Below the pieces are notes generated by a model, which was not told the DNA's origin, ran no database searches, and saw only the letters and a list, made by a program, of their open reading frames with translations. Shown here one piece after another: positions 40,201-49,357 of a stretch of DNA of 64,000 bases. The DNA is from Thermodesulfobacteriota bacterium (GTDB lineage: Bacteria; Desulfobacterota; Desulfarculia; JACQYL01): assembly GCA_963675595.2 (NCBI GenBank), contig CAXXLZ010000001.1, positions 416,001-480,000 on the forward strand, in the 5' to 3' direction. Position 1 is the first letter of the stretch; each line of letters begins with the position of its first letter. Position numbers and translations under genes: made by a program.

Positions 40201-41307
40201 GCGGGGCTCATCCGGGATATCGATTCCTTCGACGCTGCCGGCTTCCACGTGCATCCCAGAGCGCTGCGGAGCATGGACCCGCAACAACGGCTTCTCCTAC
40301 AGGAGGCGAAAAAAGCCCTCACGGACGCCGGGTACGAGCCCGGAAGCGGTCTTCCCAAGCGAGTGGGTGTCTACGTCGGCGTGAGCGCCCATGAATACGC
40401 GTGGCGGCTGCTGCGCGACGGAAAGCCGCTGGATCATTACGCGGGTCTGGGAACGGCCCGATCCATGGCGGCGAACCGGATATCTCATTTCTTCGGTTTT
40501 ACGGGGCCGAGCCTCACCGTGGATACGGCCTGTTCCTCCTCTTTGGCCGCCGTTCACCTGGCGGTGCGGGCTCTGCAAAGAGGGGAATGCGACGTCGCTC
40601 TGGCAGGCGGCGTCAACTTGATTCTGGACCCGTCGGCGTTCTTGATCTTCAGCAAGGCGGGTGTGCTTTCCCCCTCGGGGAGTTGCAGGGTATTCGACGA
40701 CGGTGGGGACGGGTACGTGCGCGGAGAAGCGGCGGGCGTGGTGGTACTTGAAACTCTGGATCGGGCCTTGCGTAATGAGGACGGAATCCGAGGAGTGGTG
40801 CTGGGCTCGGCGCTCAATCATAACGGCGAAAACTTCAGCATCACCGCGCCGAGTCTCCGCGGGCAAATTGCTCTGCTGGAGGAGGTCTACGGAGGCACGG
40901 GCGTCGATCCGGGTTCGATTTCCTACGTGGAGGCCGGAAGCACGGGGAGCAGGGAAGGCGATCCTTTGGAGACGAGGGCTCTCCTCTTCGTGCTGGATGG
41001 GTCGTCGTCTCCCGTGTCGTGCGCCTTGGGGTCCGTCAAACCCAATATCGGACACGCCGAGGCGGCATCGGGTATCGCAGGGTTGCTCAAAGTACTGCTT
41101 GCCCTGCAACGAAAAACCATTCCGCCTTTAGTGATCCATTCGGCCATGAACCGGGCGATCGATCTTTCGGCTTCGCGATTGTTCATTCCGCATGGGCCTC
41201 TCGGGTGGCCCGTGGGCGAACTCCCGAGACGTGCCGCCGTCACTTCCTTCGGGTACGGGGGAGCCAACGCGCATTTGGTAGTGGAAGAGGCGCCGTCGGC
41301 CGACTGA
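37258..41307 (+). CDS. AT-less type I PKS-like protein KS-(AT remnant)-ACP-KS; both KS non-canonical
   Basis: KS1 DTTCSS / ELNGAGT / GIGNLE; LPSYPFEGRRYW linker; ACP GFDSIF (Ser 39817); KS2 DTACSS / EAGSTGS / NIGHAE; no GHSxG AT motif; TTG start with AGGAG SD. Confidence 0.92.
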   Translation: MHSDEEHYRRWKGELQTAEAVAVVGLAARLPGASDILRFWRNLESARDCITEVTRWNHESLFSTNREEPGKTYCKWGGFLDSVDRFDSGFFQVSPAQALEMDPRQRLFLEVAWEAIENAGIPARDLAGSKTGVFVGASNNQYLHLWGSSGLGRMNGLDNTGAGIANRVSFFLDLRGPSTAVDTTCSSSMTAVHTACRSLLSGESETALAGGVHLNLLPEYYLTMSRMRLLASEGKHRVLDRRADGFIPGEGVAVVVLKPLDRAIRDGDTIHAVIRGSAVNYSGRTGHLTEPSPEAEKEVVAEALARSDVDPESVSYIELNGAGTVLGDSAEANALGEIFGGNRSGPLFLGSVKSGIGNLEAASGLVGMIKVILSMRFRTLPAMLHFEQPNRFVRWRELPFQVVSETVPWDERCRPFRAGVSSFGVGGANVHVVLEECPRDMGNKGLPGTVHLSRPREVDERPRLFVCSARSREALKQGLSRLYQTVAERIGPDDLGNLAYTLAAGREHFSHRLAWVVSTGDELLSAMRRCMETETWESLSEEEGCFYGVAPTTNTRRKKSFPWMAEGKKEAASARRNPEFVFAFAAFRPEDTASWRDVESCGAPAWIRKSLMERKGKVNALLDRFLSSARERGFTLSSQVADKIEWVLRGMAFQETAARFLWELGVRPVRTVAVGWGEYAKHCFENPDELETICSDLMNRASLDEPFMGESDPPFGVSDPDVFVFSPASVLRGGELLGRAARAHVRGVSLRWELSTDDGLKRKLALPSYPFEGRRYWPVPDGVEPTGSEALEVGVEREAAENANRASTDVGPVRSEDLAERISSVFMHGMVEKLGFRPEEIDVDRPLEAYGFDSIFLVSCLEELERSLGVVISRFEVTDASTLRGIVECCVSVVLRKSPASGTIRHTFSVGTRRTDRNDSEERIAVVGMAGRFPGADDLDEYWENLISARESIVEVPQERFDLSALYDPDSRKPGKTVSKWAGLIRDIDSFDAAGFHVHPRALRSMDPQQRLLLQEAKKALTDAGYEPGSGLPKRVGVYVGVSAHEYAWRLLRDGKPLDHYAGLGTARSMAANRISHFFGFTGPSLTVDTACSSSLAAVHLAVRALQRGECDVALAGGVNLILDPSAFLIFSKAGVLSPSGSCRVFDDGGDGYVRGEAAGVVVLETLDRALRNEDGIRGVVLGSALNHNGENFSITAPSLRGQIALLEEVYGGTGVDPGSISYVEAGSTGSREGDPLETRALLFVLDGSSSPVSCALGSVKPNIGHAEAASGIAGLLKVLLALQRKTIPPLVIHSAMNRAIDLSASRLFIPHGPLGWPVGELPRRAAVTSFGYGGANAHLVVEEAPSAD

Positions 41308-41397
41308 ATGTGAGTCGCGCTTCCGCGGATCGAGGTGTTTCCCATGGACCGCAGCGGAAAAGCATCTCTGCGACTTTGAGGCAAAACGGAGTCCTGT

Positions 41398-42729
41398 TTG
41401 GTTGTTTTGCTGGTGAATCCCAACCGGGTTAAGCCTCTAGTCCCTCCGTTGGGACTGGAATACTTGTCCGATGCGCTGCGCCTTGCCGGGCACGAAGTGC
41501 TTTTCTTCGATCTGGGATTCCGGCCTCCCGCGTCTTTGTTCGAGCTGGTTCGGCGGAAGAAGCCTGACATCATCGGGGTTTCCATCCGAAACCTGGACGA
41601 CGTCACCCTGCTTCGGAAGCACAACTACGTGCCCGGCATCGTCCGTCTGGTGAGGGAACTCCAACGTGTCTCGGATGCCCGGATCGTTCTGGGGGGGGCC
41701 GGCTTCTCGATTCTACCCCGAGAGCTCATGGAAGTCACGGGTGCGGATTTCGGGATTGCCGGTGATGGGGAAGAAGCCATGGTGGGGCTTCTGAACGATC
41801 TCGGTCAACCGCAACATATTCCCCGGGTTTGGTTCCGGGAGGGTGGTCCTTCGGGGCCGGTCCGTTTTTCTTTCGAGGGGCTTTCCGGGTCCTGGGGAGC
41901 CGGTTGCTCGCCACGTTCACTGCTGGACTACGCAGGATATCTGCGTCGAGGGAGTTCGTGCAACGTTCAGACCAAACGAGGTTGCACTCACCGTTGTCTA
42001 TACTGTCCAGAGCCGCGTGTTATGGGACGGATGATGCGGCTGCGCCCCGCGGAAGCGGTTGCGGAGGAGTTCGAAATCCTCGCTTCCATGGGCGTCCGGG
42101 AGCGGGTCTTTTTGGTGGACTCGGAATTTAATCTTGTTGAGGAACATGCCCTGGAAGTCTGTCGGATTCTGACGGAAAGGGCCTCCGGGGTGAAATGGGT
42201 ATGTTCCATGACCCCGAAATACGTGACGGAAGAACTCATCGGCTTGATGAAACGGGCGGGTTGTGACATGGTGATTTGGAGCGTGGACTCCGTATCCGAT
42301 GCAACACTGCAATCCCTGAGAAAAGACGTAGAGGAGACGGATGTTTTTCGAGTGTGCGGCTGGTGCGAAAAGGCGGGCTTGCCTTATTGTCTGGCACTGC
42401 TGCTTGGCGGACCGGCGGAAACGCCGGACACATTGAAGGCAACCTTTCGGAACGCCGGGAAGACTCGGGCGGCGTTTATCGCCGTGGGTGTCGGCTTGAG
42501 AATCTATCCAGGTACCGGTTTGCACGAAGTGGCCTTGGCGGAGGGCCAAGTGACCCGAGAAACGGATTTCCTGCAGCCTGTGTACTATCGAGAAGCTTGG
42601 GTGCGCGACACGTTGATTCCTCTGGTTCGAACGCAGATCGCAGAGGAGAGAAGGGCGGTGATGTTCGGCTCTCGACCGGACGTGACGGTCGAGGCGGAGA
42701 TTCGGAAGGTTTATCCCGTGCCCTTTTGA
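41398..42729 (+). CDS. Cobalamin-binding radical SAM protein #2 (lipid-biosynthesis/TsrM-like N-terminus)
   Basis: LLVNPN..KPLVPPLGLEYL, IGVSIRNLDD, LGGAGFS, QTKRGCTHRCLYCPEP, VDSEFN, GLRIYPGT. Confidence 0.9.
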   Translation: MVVLLVNPNRVKPLVPPLGLEYLSDALRLAGHEVLFFDLGFRPPASLFELVRRKKPDIIGVSIRNLDDVTLLRKHNYVPGIVRLVRELQRVSDARIVLGGAGFSILPRELMEVTGADFGIAGDGEEAMVGLLNDLGQPQHIPRVWFREGGPSGPVRFSFEGLSGSWGAGCSPRSLLDYAGYLRRGSSCNVQTKRGCTHRCLYCPEPRVMGRMMRLRPAEAVAEEFEILASMGVRERVFLVDSEFNLVEEHALEVCRILTERASGVKWVCSMTPKYVTEELIGLMKRAGCDMVIWSVDSVSDATLQSLRKDVEETDVFRVCGWCEKAGLPYCLALLLGGPAETPDTLKATFRNAGKTRAAFIAVGVGLRIYPGTGLHEVALAEGQVTRETDFLQPVYYREAWVRDTLIPLVRTQIAEERRAVMFGSRPDVTVEAEIRKVYPVPF

Positions 42730-42821
42730 ACATGGTGTCGAACCGACCTGAAACAGTCCCCACCAGTAGATCCGAAGTATCCGACCGGACTGCCGACGGC
42801 CTCATCTGAACGGATTCAATC

Positions 42822-44351
42822 ATGATTCAATTCACTTCCTTGGTTCCCAGATGGATCGGTGGAACTTCGCTTTCTCTGGTGGTGCTGCGAAGTTTCCTGC
42901 TTCATCACATGCCTCGGTTGAACATCGGCTATGGAACCTATCTGTGCGACGACGATCCGGAGGAAATCCTCGCGGGCGTCTACTCCCCGGATACGCGGGT
43001 CTACGCCTTCTCGGCGTATATGTGGAACCTCGAACTCACCTTGGATCTATGCCGGCGTCTCAAAGACCGAAATCCTCATTGTTTCGCTTTGCTGGGTGGA
43101 CCCACCGCCTCCTTTTCAGCCGACGCAATCCTGTCCTCGAATCCGTGGGTGGACCTCATTGTCAAGGGGGAGGGAGAGCTTCCTCTGCTGGAGTTGATTT
43201 CACGCATGGACCGAGGGGAGGAGGATTTTTCCGACATTCCCAATCTCGCCTACCGCCTGGACGGCCGACGAGTGGACACCCCGGCCATACCCACCATCCT
43301 CAATCTCGAAGACCAGCATTATGCTTTGGACGTCGACATGTTCGCGGGTGTGTCCACGGTTTATTATGAGACTTCCAGAGGATGCGTGTTCAAATGCCGC
43401 TATTGTTCCTGGAACGTCAACCAGTCGGGGATCAAACGTATCCGGCCGTACCCTCTGGAAAAGGTGATGCGCGAGCTGAGGCTGCTTTTCCGGCAGGAGG
43501 GGCTGGAAATGTTGCTGCTCACGGATTCGAATATTCTCCTGGGGGGCGAGCGGACCAAAGCCGTCTTCTCCGAGATCAACGCGCTCAACCAGGGTCGTCG
43601 AAGCAACGGCCTCCCCATGGTCAAGATCAACTTTGAATTCAATCCGGAGCATCTTACGGACGATCTCCTTCCGGAGATCAAGAAACTGCATGTCGAGAAC
43701 TACCCCATAGGTCTTCAAAGCGTGAATAAGGAGGTGCTCACGGAGGCGGGCCGGCCTTTCCACAGGGATAAGTACCTCGATGGGCTGAACAGGCTGCGAG
43801 AGAAGGCTGGGGCCGCCGTTTTGGTGGAGATTATTTACGGGCTGCCCAAAGATACGTTGGAAGGTTTCAGACGAACTCTTGAGTTTGTCCTGTCGGAGTT
43901 GAAAGCGGAGCTTTTTGTTTGTTACCGGTACTCGGTGCTGCCGGGTTCCGAGTTCTGGGATCGGAAGGAGCGTTACGGAATCCGCCATCTGGACGCGCCG
44001 CCCTATACGATCCTGAGTTCGGACTCCTTCCCGGAAGAAGACTTGGAAAAGGCCCAGGAGTTGGTTTATTACCTTCAGATCATTTACCGGGTCTTTCGGA
44101 GCCTGAAAAAGACCGTGGAAAACTCCGTGGAGGGAGACAAGCTGCCGGTGTATGAAGCGATCATACGCCGGTTTTCCGACAAGTATGGCGAGATACTCCG
44201 CCCCAAACTGATCTATGACGACGGTTTTCTGGACGATGTGGCCCGTTTGCGTTCGCGGGAGTTTTCCGAAACCCGTCGCAAGATGCTCTCCGAGGCCAGG
44301 GAGATCGTCAAAGAATATGCAGCCTCCAGGGAGGCTGAACGGAAATCATGA
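42822..44351 (+). CDS. Cobalamin-binding radical SAM protein #3
   Basis: FSAYMWN, LLGGP, GEGE, YETSRGCVFKCRYC, IGLQS, IYGLPKDT. Confidence 0.9.
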   Translation: MIQFTSLVPRWIGGTSLSLVVLRSFLLHHMPRLNIGYGTYLCDDDPEEILAGVYSPDTRVYAFSAYMWNLELTLDLCRRLKDRNPHCFALLGGPTASFSADAILSSNPWVDLIVKGEGELPLLELISRMDRGEEDFSDIPNLAYRLDGRRVDTPAIPTILNLEDQHYALDVDMFAGVSTVYYETSRGCVFKCRYCSWNVNQSGIKRIRPYPLEKVMRELRLLFRQEGLEMLLLTDSNILLGGERTKAVFSEINALNQGRRSNGLPMVKINFEFNPEHLTDDLLPEIKKLHVENYPIGLQSVNKEVLTEAGRPFHRDKYLDGLNRLREKAGAAVLVEIIYGLPKDTLEGFRRTLEFVLSELKAELFVCYRYSVLPGSEFWDRKERYGIRHLDAPPYTILSSDSFPEEDLEKAQELVYYLQIIYRVFRSLKKTVENSVEGDKLPVYEAIIRRFSDKYGEILRPKLIYDDGFLDDVARLRSREFSETRRKMLSEAREIVKEYAASREAERKS

Positions 44352-45892
44352 AACCGGTTCTGCTCAACGCGATCATTCCCAAATATTTCGGCAGTACCTC
44401 CATTTCATTGGTGATGCTGAAAAGCTATGCGTTGGACAAGTTTCACAGGGAAGGACGGTACCGGGACCTGGAATTGAGAGTTGCCCGCCATTACTGCGAG
44501 GAGGGCGAAGAAGCCATCTTGGAGCGCATTCTCGCGGACGGCTCCGATTTCCTGGCCTTCGCCGTTTACCCCTGGAATCATGCCCTGGTTCGTAGTCTGG
44601 TATCGCGGATCAAGTCGGTTCGGGAGGAGGCATGGATCGTATTGGGCGGACCCTCGGTCACCTATGACGCCTCGCGAGTGCTTGCAGCATGGGACGGAGC
44701 GGACGTCGTTGTGCGAGGCCCCGGTGAAGAGACTTTTTCCCTGCTTCTGGACCGTCGCCTTTCCGGGCAAGGGATCGAGGGCGTGCCCAACGTGGTCTAC
44801 CGGAACAACGGAGCGGTGCTCGAAGCTCCCGTTGAATTGAATTTTCGTATCGAGGACCAGGAATACGAACTGCTTACCGAGGACCTGGAAGACCTGGATA
44901 TCGTCAACTACGATACTTCCAGGGGGTGCACCTTTCAATGCGGATATTGCGCCTGGAACGTGGACGGCATCGAGCCCAAGGGATTTCGTTTCTACCCAAT
45001 GTCCAAAGTAGGGCGGGACCTGGAAAAGATATTTAAATTGGACGCTCTCGAAAAGCTGCTGCTCAACGATTCGAACATCACGATTCGGGAGGAACGATGC
45101 ATCGAAGTGTTCCGGCTCATTCGGTCCCTTAACGAGCGGCGCCGTTTGGAAGGGAAGAATCAGGTCTTCATTGTGTTGGACCTGAATCCCCAGTACTTCA
45201 CGGATCGGATCATCGACGAGTTGAAGAGGATGCACATCGGGGTTCTGGGATTCGGATTGCAGACCATCGATTCGGAAGTCCTGGATATCGCCCACCGGAA
45301 GTTGGACCTGGAACGATACGTAGGGAATCTCCGCAAGCTGGCGGAGAAAAGCGGCATTCAGATCATCATCGAATTCATCTTCGGCCTTCCCGGCGATACC
45401 ATGGAGAAGTTTCGCAAGAACCTCGAGTTCTTCTTCGAGGAGCTCGATACTTTCAGTTTCATCAGTTTTCGGTTTCTCCTGCTTCCCGGCTCCCCCTTCT
45501 GGCGAGAGAAGGAACACTACGGCATCGTACACTCACCCGAGCCGCCGTATGACGTGCTGTCCACACCCACATTCTCCGCCGAAGAAATGGACTATGCGGA
45601 TTGGCTGTCCTCCTGGTTCGAGATCTTCTTCAGTATTTTCCGAAGCGTGAAGAAGACCGTTGACGCTTCGGCCAAAGAGAATGGTCTGTCACGGGTTGCC
45701 GTTTACGAAGCGTTGTTTGAACGTTTGTCCAAGAACTACGAATGGTTTTTCGATAAAGGGTGGAAGCAGGAGCACACCTACTACTATATCGAGAAGATTC
45801 GCGAACGGGAAAACGCGGCCGTTCGACAGGGGATTTTGGCGGATTCCAGGCGGGTCCTTAAAGATGTTGTAAAGACTCTAAACGTGCGGTAA
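44348..45892 (+). CDS. Cobalamin-binding radical SAM protein #4 (paralog of #3)
   Basis: FAVYPWN, VLGGP, GPGE, YDTSRGCTFQCGYC, FGLQT, IFGLPGDT; ATGA-coupled to #3. Confidence 0.9.
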   Translation: MKPVLLNAIIPKYFGSTSISLVMLKSYALDKFHREGRYRDLELRVARHYCEEGEEAILERILADGSDFLAFAVYPWNHALVRSLVSRIKSVREEAWIVLGGPSVTYDASRVLAAWDGADVVVRGPGEETFSLLLDRRLSGQGIEGVPNVVYRNNGAVLEAPVELNFRIEDQEYELLTEDLEDLDIVNYDTSRGCTFQCGYCAWNVDGIEPKGFRFYPMSKVGRDLEKIFKLDALEKLLLNDSNITIREERCIEVFRLIRSLNERRRLEGKNQVFIVLDLNPQYFTDRIIDELKRMHIGVLGFGLQTIDSEVLDIAHRKLDLERYVGNLRKLAEKSGIQIIIEFIFGLPGDTMEKFRKNLEFFFEELDTFSFISFRFLLLPGSPFWREKEHYGIVHSPEPPYDVLSTPTFSAEEMDYADWLSSWFEIFFSIFRSVKKTVDASAKENGLSRVAVYEALFERLSKNYEWFFDKGWKQEHTYYYIEKIRERENAAVRQGILADSRRVLKDVVKTLNVR

Positions 45893-45989
45893 CGACGGCT
45901 GATCGTCGACGGTCCACTGGCGCGGTTCGATCCCTGAAGGATCGAAATCCGGATCGTACGGTGCCGACACTCATTCGGGAGAGAGGAAC

Positions 45990-46397
45990 TTGGAAGTCAG
46001 GTCAAGAGAGGAAATTCTCGAAGAACTCAAGCTGATCATCGCGGAGATTACCGGTTACGATCCCGAGGAACTCCATGAAGAAGATTCTCTCAGCGAGGAC
46101 ATCGGCATTGAGTCTTTTGATATTGTGGACATCAACTTTCGGGTGGAGGAAACGTTCGGGGTCGAAATGGGGGACAAGGTATTTTGGAATTTCCGAGACT
46201 TGTTCGGAGACCCCGATCTCATAGACGAAAACAACAATCTGACCTTGGCGGGAATCCAAGAGGTGAAGCGGCGTGTGCCCAATCTGGATCCCGATGGGAC
46301 TTTAGAAAATCGGGGAACGGTCAATTTCTCGGATATGTTGGCTCAAGTGAAGGTGCGGCATTTCGTCGATTTCCTCGAACAGAGTCAACGCGGGTGA
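45990..46397 (+). CDS. Long (135 aa) acyl carrier protein with insertion
   Basis: DIGIESFDIVDINFRVEETFGV around the Ppant Ser; ~50-aa insert before the last helix; TTG start with GAGG SD. Confidence 0.85.
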   Translation: MEVRSREEILEELKLIIAEITGYDPEELHEEDSLSEDIGIESFDIVDINFRVEETFGVEMGDKVFWNFRDLFGDPDLIDENNNLTLAGIQEVKRRVPNLDPDGTLENRGTVNFSDMLAQVKVRHFVDFLEQSQRG

Positions 46398-46662
46398 CAA
46401 CTCGAATCCTCATGGGAAAATCACCTTGGGATGGAATTTCCGAGAGCCGGTTCCGGTAGACCTTGCCGGGCAATCAAAGGCGCTCTTATGGAGGCAAAGT
46501 CGTTCATGCGAAGTTTTGGCCAAGAGCGTTGCCCAATGGTGCCCCGACTCTTGTCCGGCTTGAGAGGCTTCACGTCCTTCCCCGCTTTCGGACTCTTATG
46601 GATGGGGCCGGCGGCCGAGCGTGCGCTTCGAGCTCTTCTTTTCGAGGACCTTTCGCGTGCCG

Positions 46663-47793
46663 ATGAAAGCTGAAGACGTTATCCAAGAGGCTCGCGATAC
46701 AGCGGCCTCGCCTTATGCTCGGTTCCGGAAGTCCCTTCCGGAAGGGCGAAAGCCCATGGGCTACGCTTGTCCGTTCATTCCCGAGGAATTGATCCATGCG
46801 GCGGGGATGCTTCCTTTGCGAGTCTATGGCCGAAGCGCCGATTTAGGGGGGGCGGACCGATACCTTCCCAGCCAGTGCTGCGAGGTCGCCCGCGCCATGG
46901 TAAGTTCCGTCGCCGGGGGAGAACTTCGGTTTTTGGAAAGCATGGTCTTCGGCTTCTGTTGCGACACCATACGGGCCGCGGCCGGGACCTTGCAGGCCCG
47001 ACCTGGATTTGAGACGTTCTTTCTCAATATTCCCACAAGACTCAACGGTCCGGGCGTTCGGGACTATCTGGTGCGTGAGATTGCGGCGTTTGGGACGAGT
47101 ATGGCGGTCCGGCTGGACTTGAAGCCGGATCCCGAAAAACTCCGATCCTCGATATGCGTCTACCGGGAAAACGACGCTCTGCTCCATCAACTCCGGCGGC
47201 TGAGGTTGGAGAAGCCCCGCGCCCTTTCCGGATCCGACTATGTCGCTCTGACGGTTATGGGACAGGTGATGCCGAAAGAGGAGCACAACGAAAGGCTGAG
47301 CGTGCTTTTGGAGGCGTTCCGTTCCGGCAAGGAGTTCAACGAAACCGGAGGCGGAAAACGCGTTTTGGTTGCGGGCCTGCTCAACGGCAATGTGGAATAC
47401 CTGAGGCGTCTCGAGTCCCTGGGCCTGGATATTGTGGACGACGATTTGTGTGAAGCGTCCAGGAGTCTCGCAGAGGAAACGCCTGCCGAAACGGATCCTT
47501 TGTATTCCGTGGCGGATCGGATCCTCTCCAGATACTGCCCCGTGAAAATCAAGGACGGCCTGGATTCGGCGACCCTATGGGCTGAAAAGTGCTCGCGCAG
47601 CGGGGCGGAGGCCGTGGTCGTGTTCCTTTTCCGCTTTTGCGATCCCCAATATATGGAATATGCCACGGGCAAACCGGGATTGAAGGAACGAGGCATTCCC
47701 TGCGCCGTCGTGGAGGTGGGGCTGGACGGAATGGGCGGCGGCCAGGCGGATACCCGTCTGGAGGCATTCATTGAAAGCCTCGGAAGCCAATGA
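46663..47793 (+). CDS. 2-hydroxyacyl-CoA dehydratase / benzoyl-CoA reductase family subunit (HgdB/BcrC-like)
   Basis: GYACPFIPEELIHAAG, SQCC, CCDTIR, VDDDLC, FCDP, TRLEAFIE. Confidence 0.85.
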   Translation: MKAEDVIQEARDTAASPYARFRKSLPEGRKPMGYACPFIPEELIHAAGMLPLRVYGRSADLGGADRYLPSQCCEVARAMVSSVAGGELRFLESMVFGFCCDTIRAAAGTLQARPGFETFFLNIPTRLNGPGVRDYLVREIAAFGTSMAVRLDLKPDPEKLRSSICVYRENDALLHQLRRLRLEKPRALSGSDYVALTVMGQVMPKEEHNERLSVLLEAFRSGKEFNETGGGKRVLVAGLLNGNVEYLRRLESLGLDIVDDDLCEASRSLAEETPAETDPLYSVADRILSRYCPVKIKDGLDSATLWAEKCSRSGAEAVVVFLFRFCDPQYMEYATGKPGLKERGIPCAVVEVGLDGMGGGQADTRLEAFIESLGSQ

Positions 47794-47955
47794 TCATTCG
47801 GATGAAAGTATTCCAAAGCCGGCGGTGGTTTTCTTGGGACGTTTGCCGGTGCGGCGGGGTTTCAGCCAGGCCGGCGCCGCGAGAGACCGGTCCGGGGGGT
47901 CGGTAGGGCATCCGCGTGGAACCATCGGCAAATTGTTGGTCACTGAAATGGGCTT

Positions 47956-49296
47956 TTGGTGACCGGAGAATTGGAAAAAGTGGCGGCAGGTAATAAGCGA
48001 CAACGAAAAGAGCCGGGCAAAAGGGTGCCGCAAGCTCCTCTATTCCTTCTCAACGACCTGTTCACCCGGTACTATCGAACTTTGAAGAAGGCGGACGCCA
48101 ACGGCCGTCTTGTGGCTTGGAGCGCCTTGGGTTTCCCCAAACACGTGCTTTTCGCCCTGGGCATGATTCCGGTGTATCCTCAATTTCATGTGGCGTTTCA
48201 GTCGTCCAGGGGGCTCACCGGCCGGATCATCCGAGACGTCGAGGGAAGGTACGAGATTCCCCACGACATCTGCGGTGAGGTCAAATCCATGATCGGCACG
48301 ATCCTCAACGGGGAAAAGCTGGCATTCAAACTTCCCGAACCCGACCTCATCGCGTCCTGCAACAGCACGTGCGGCGCGACGGCCAAGGGCTTTCAGTTTC
48401 TACGAAAGCATCTGGGAATCCCGCTCTATTTCTGTGACTATCCGTGCGTTACCGACTCGACACCGGGAGCCCACTCCCTCCGGTACGTTCGGGACCAGAT
48501 CGACGCCTTCGTCCTTTCCGCGGAGGAGGCCCACGGAGTCCGATTGGATCGGAAGAAGTATCGTCGGATTCTCTCGCAGGATTTCATGGCCCTGGAAATC
48601 TGGACGGAAATCGTGAAACTGTGCGCCCGCAAGCCCGCTCCCGTGGACGCCATGGACCTGTATTTCTTCATCCTGCCGTTTTTTATCATGGAATTCGAAA
48701 ACGACGACTTTCTCGACCTCTTGATCCGGTTGTACAACGACCTGTACCGCAGGTGCGAGGAAAGCTCCGGAGAGTCGACGGGGAAGGAAATTCGGCTTCT
48801 CTGGGACCTCCTCCCCGTTTACCACAAGACCGGTTTCTTCAAGAAAGCGTTCGCCGAGCATGACGCTTCGGTGGTCATGTCCACGTATCTCACGGGGGCC
48901 CTGGCCTACCCGGACGGTTTCGAGCCGAAATACGGTTTTCCTCTGAAGAAGGAAGCCGTGGCATCAACCCTTCAGGCAATTCCGGATGAAGAGATTGCGG
49001 ACCGACTGAACTATTCCCTGGTCCATGACGGCAAACTTCCTCTGGAATTTCGAAAGCATAAGATTCGGCGGATGATTTCCGACTTCGCCATCGACGGGGT
49101 GGTGATGCATATGGATCGAAGTTGCCGGCCGGTGTCCCTTCCCCAGTTCGAGCTGTGTCGGTATGTCGAGGAAGACCTGGGAGTTCCCGTATTGCTCTTC
49201 GACGCCGACAGTATGGACGAACGTTATTTTGCGGGAAACCAGGTGCTCACAAGGATCGAAGCCTTCATGGAGCGACTGGCGGTGAGGAAGGAGTGA
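47956..49296 (+). CDS. 2-hydroxyacyl-CoA dehydratase / benzoyl-CoA reductase family subunit (HgdA/BcrB-like)
   Basis: PVYP, DICG, LPEPD, NSTC, DGVVMH..RSCRP, DSMDER, TRIEAFME; exact start uncertain. Confidence 0.85.
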   Translation: MVTGELEKVAAGNKRQRKEPGKRVPQAPLFLLNDLFTRYYRTLKKADANGRLVAWSALGFPKHVLFALGMIPVYPQFHVAFQSSRGLTGRIIRDVEGRYEIPHDICGEVKSMIGTILNGEKLAFKLPEPDLIASCNSTCGATAKGFQFLRKHLGIPLYFCDYPCVTDSTPGAHSLRYVRDQIDAFVLSAEEAHGVRLDRKKYRRILSQDFMALEIWTEIVKLCARKPAPVDAMDLYFFILPFFIMEFENDDFLDLLIRLYNDLYRRCEESSGESTGKEIRLLWDLLPVYHKTGFFKKAFAEHDASVVMSTYLTGALAYPDGFEPKYGFPLKKEAVASTLQAIPDEEIADRLNYSLVHDGKLPLEFRKHKIRRMISDFAIDGVVMHMDRSCRPVSLPQFELCRYVEEDLGVPVLLFDADSMDERYFAGNQVLTRIEAFMERLAVRKE

Positions 49297-49357
49297 ACCC
49301 GCTTAGAGGCACACGTTCGTCGCGAACCGTTTTCCGTTGTGTCGGCAAGGGGTTGTG

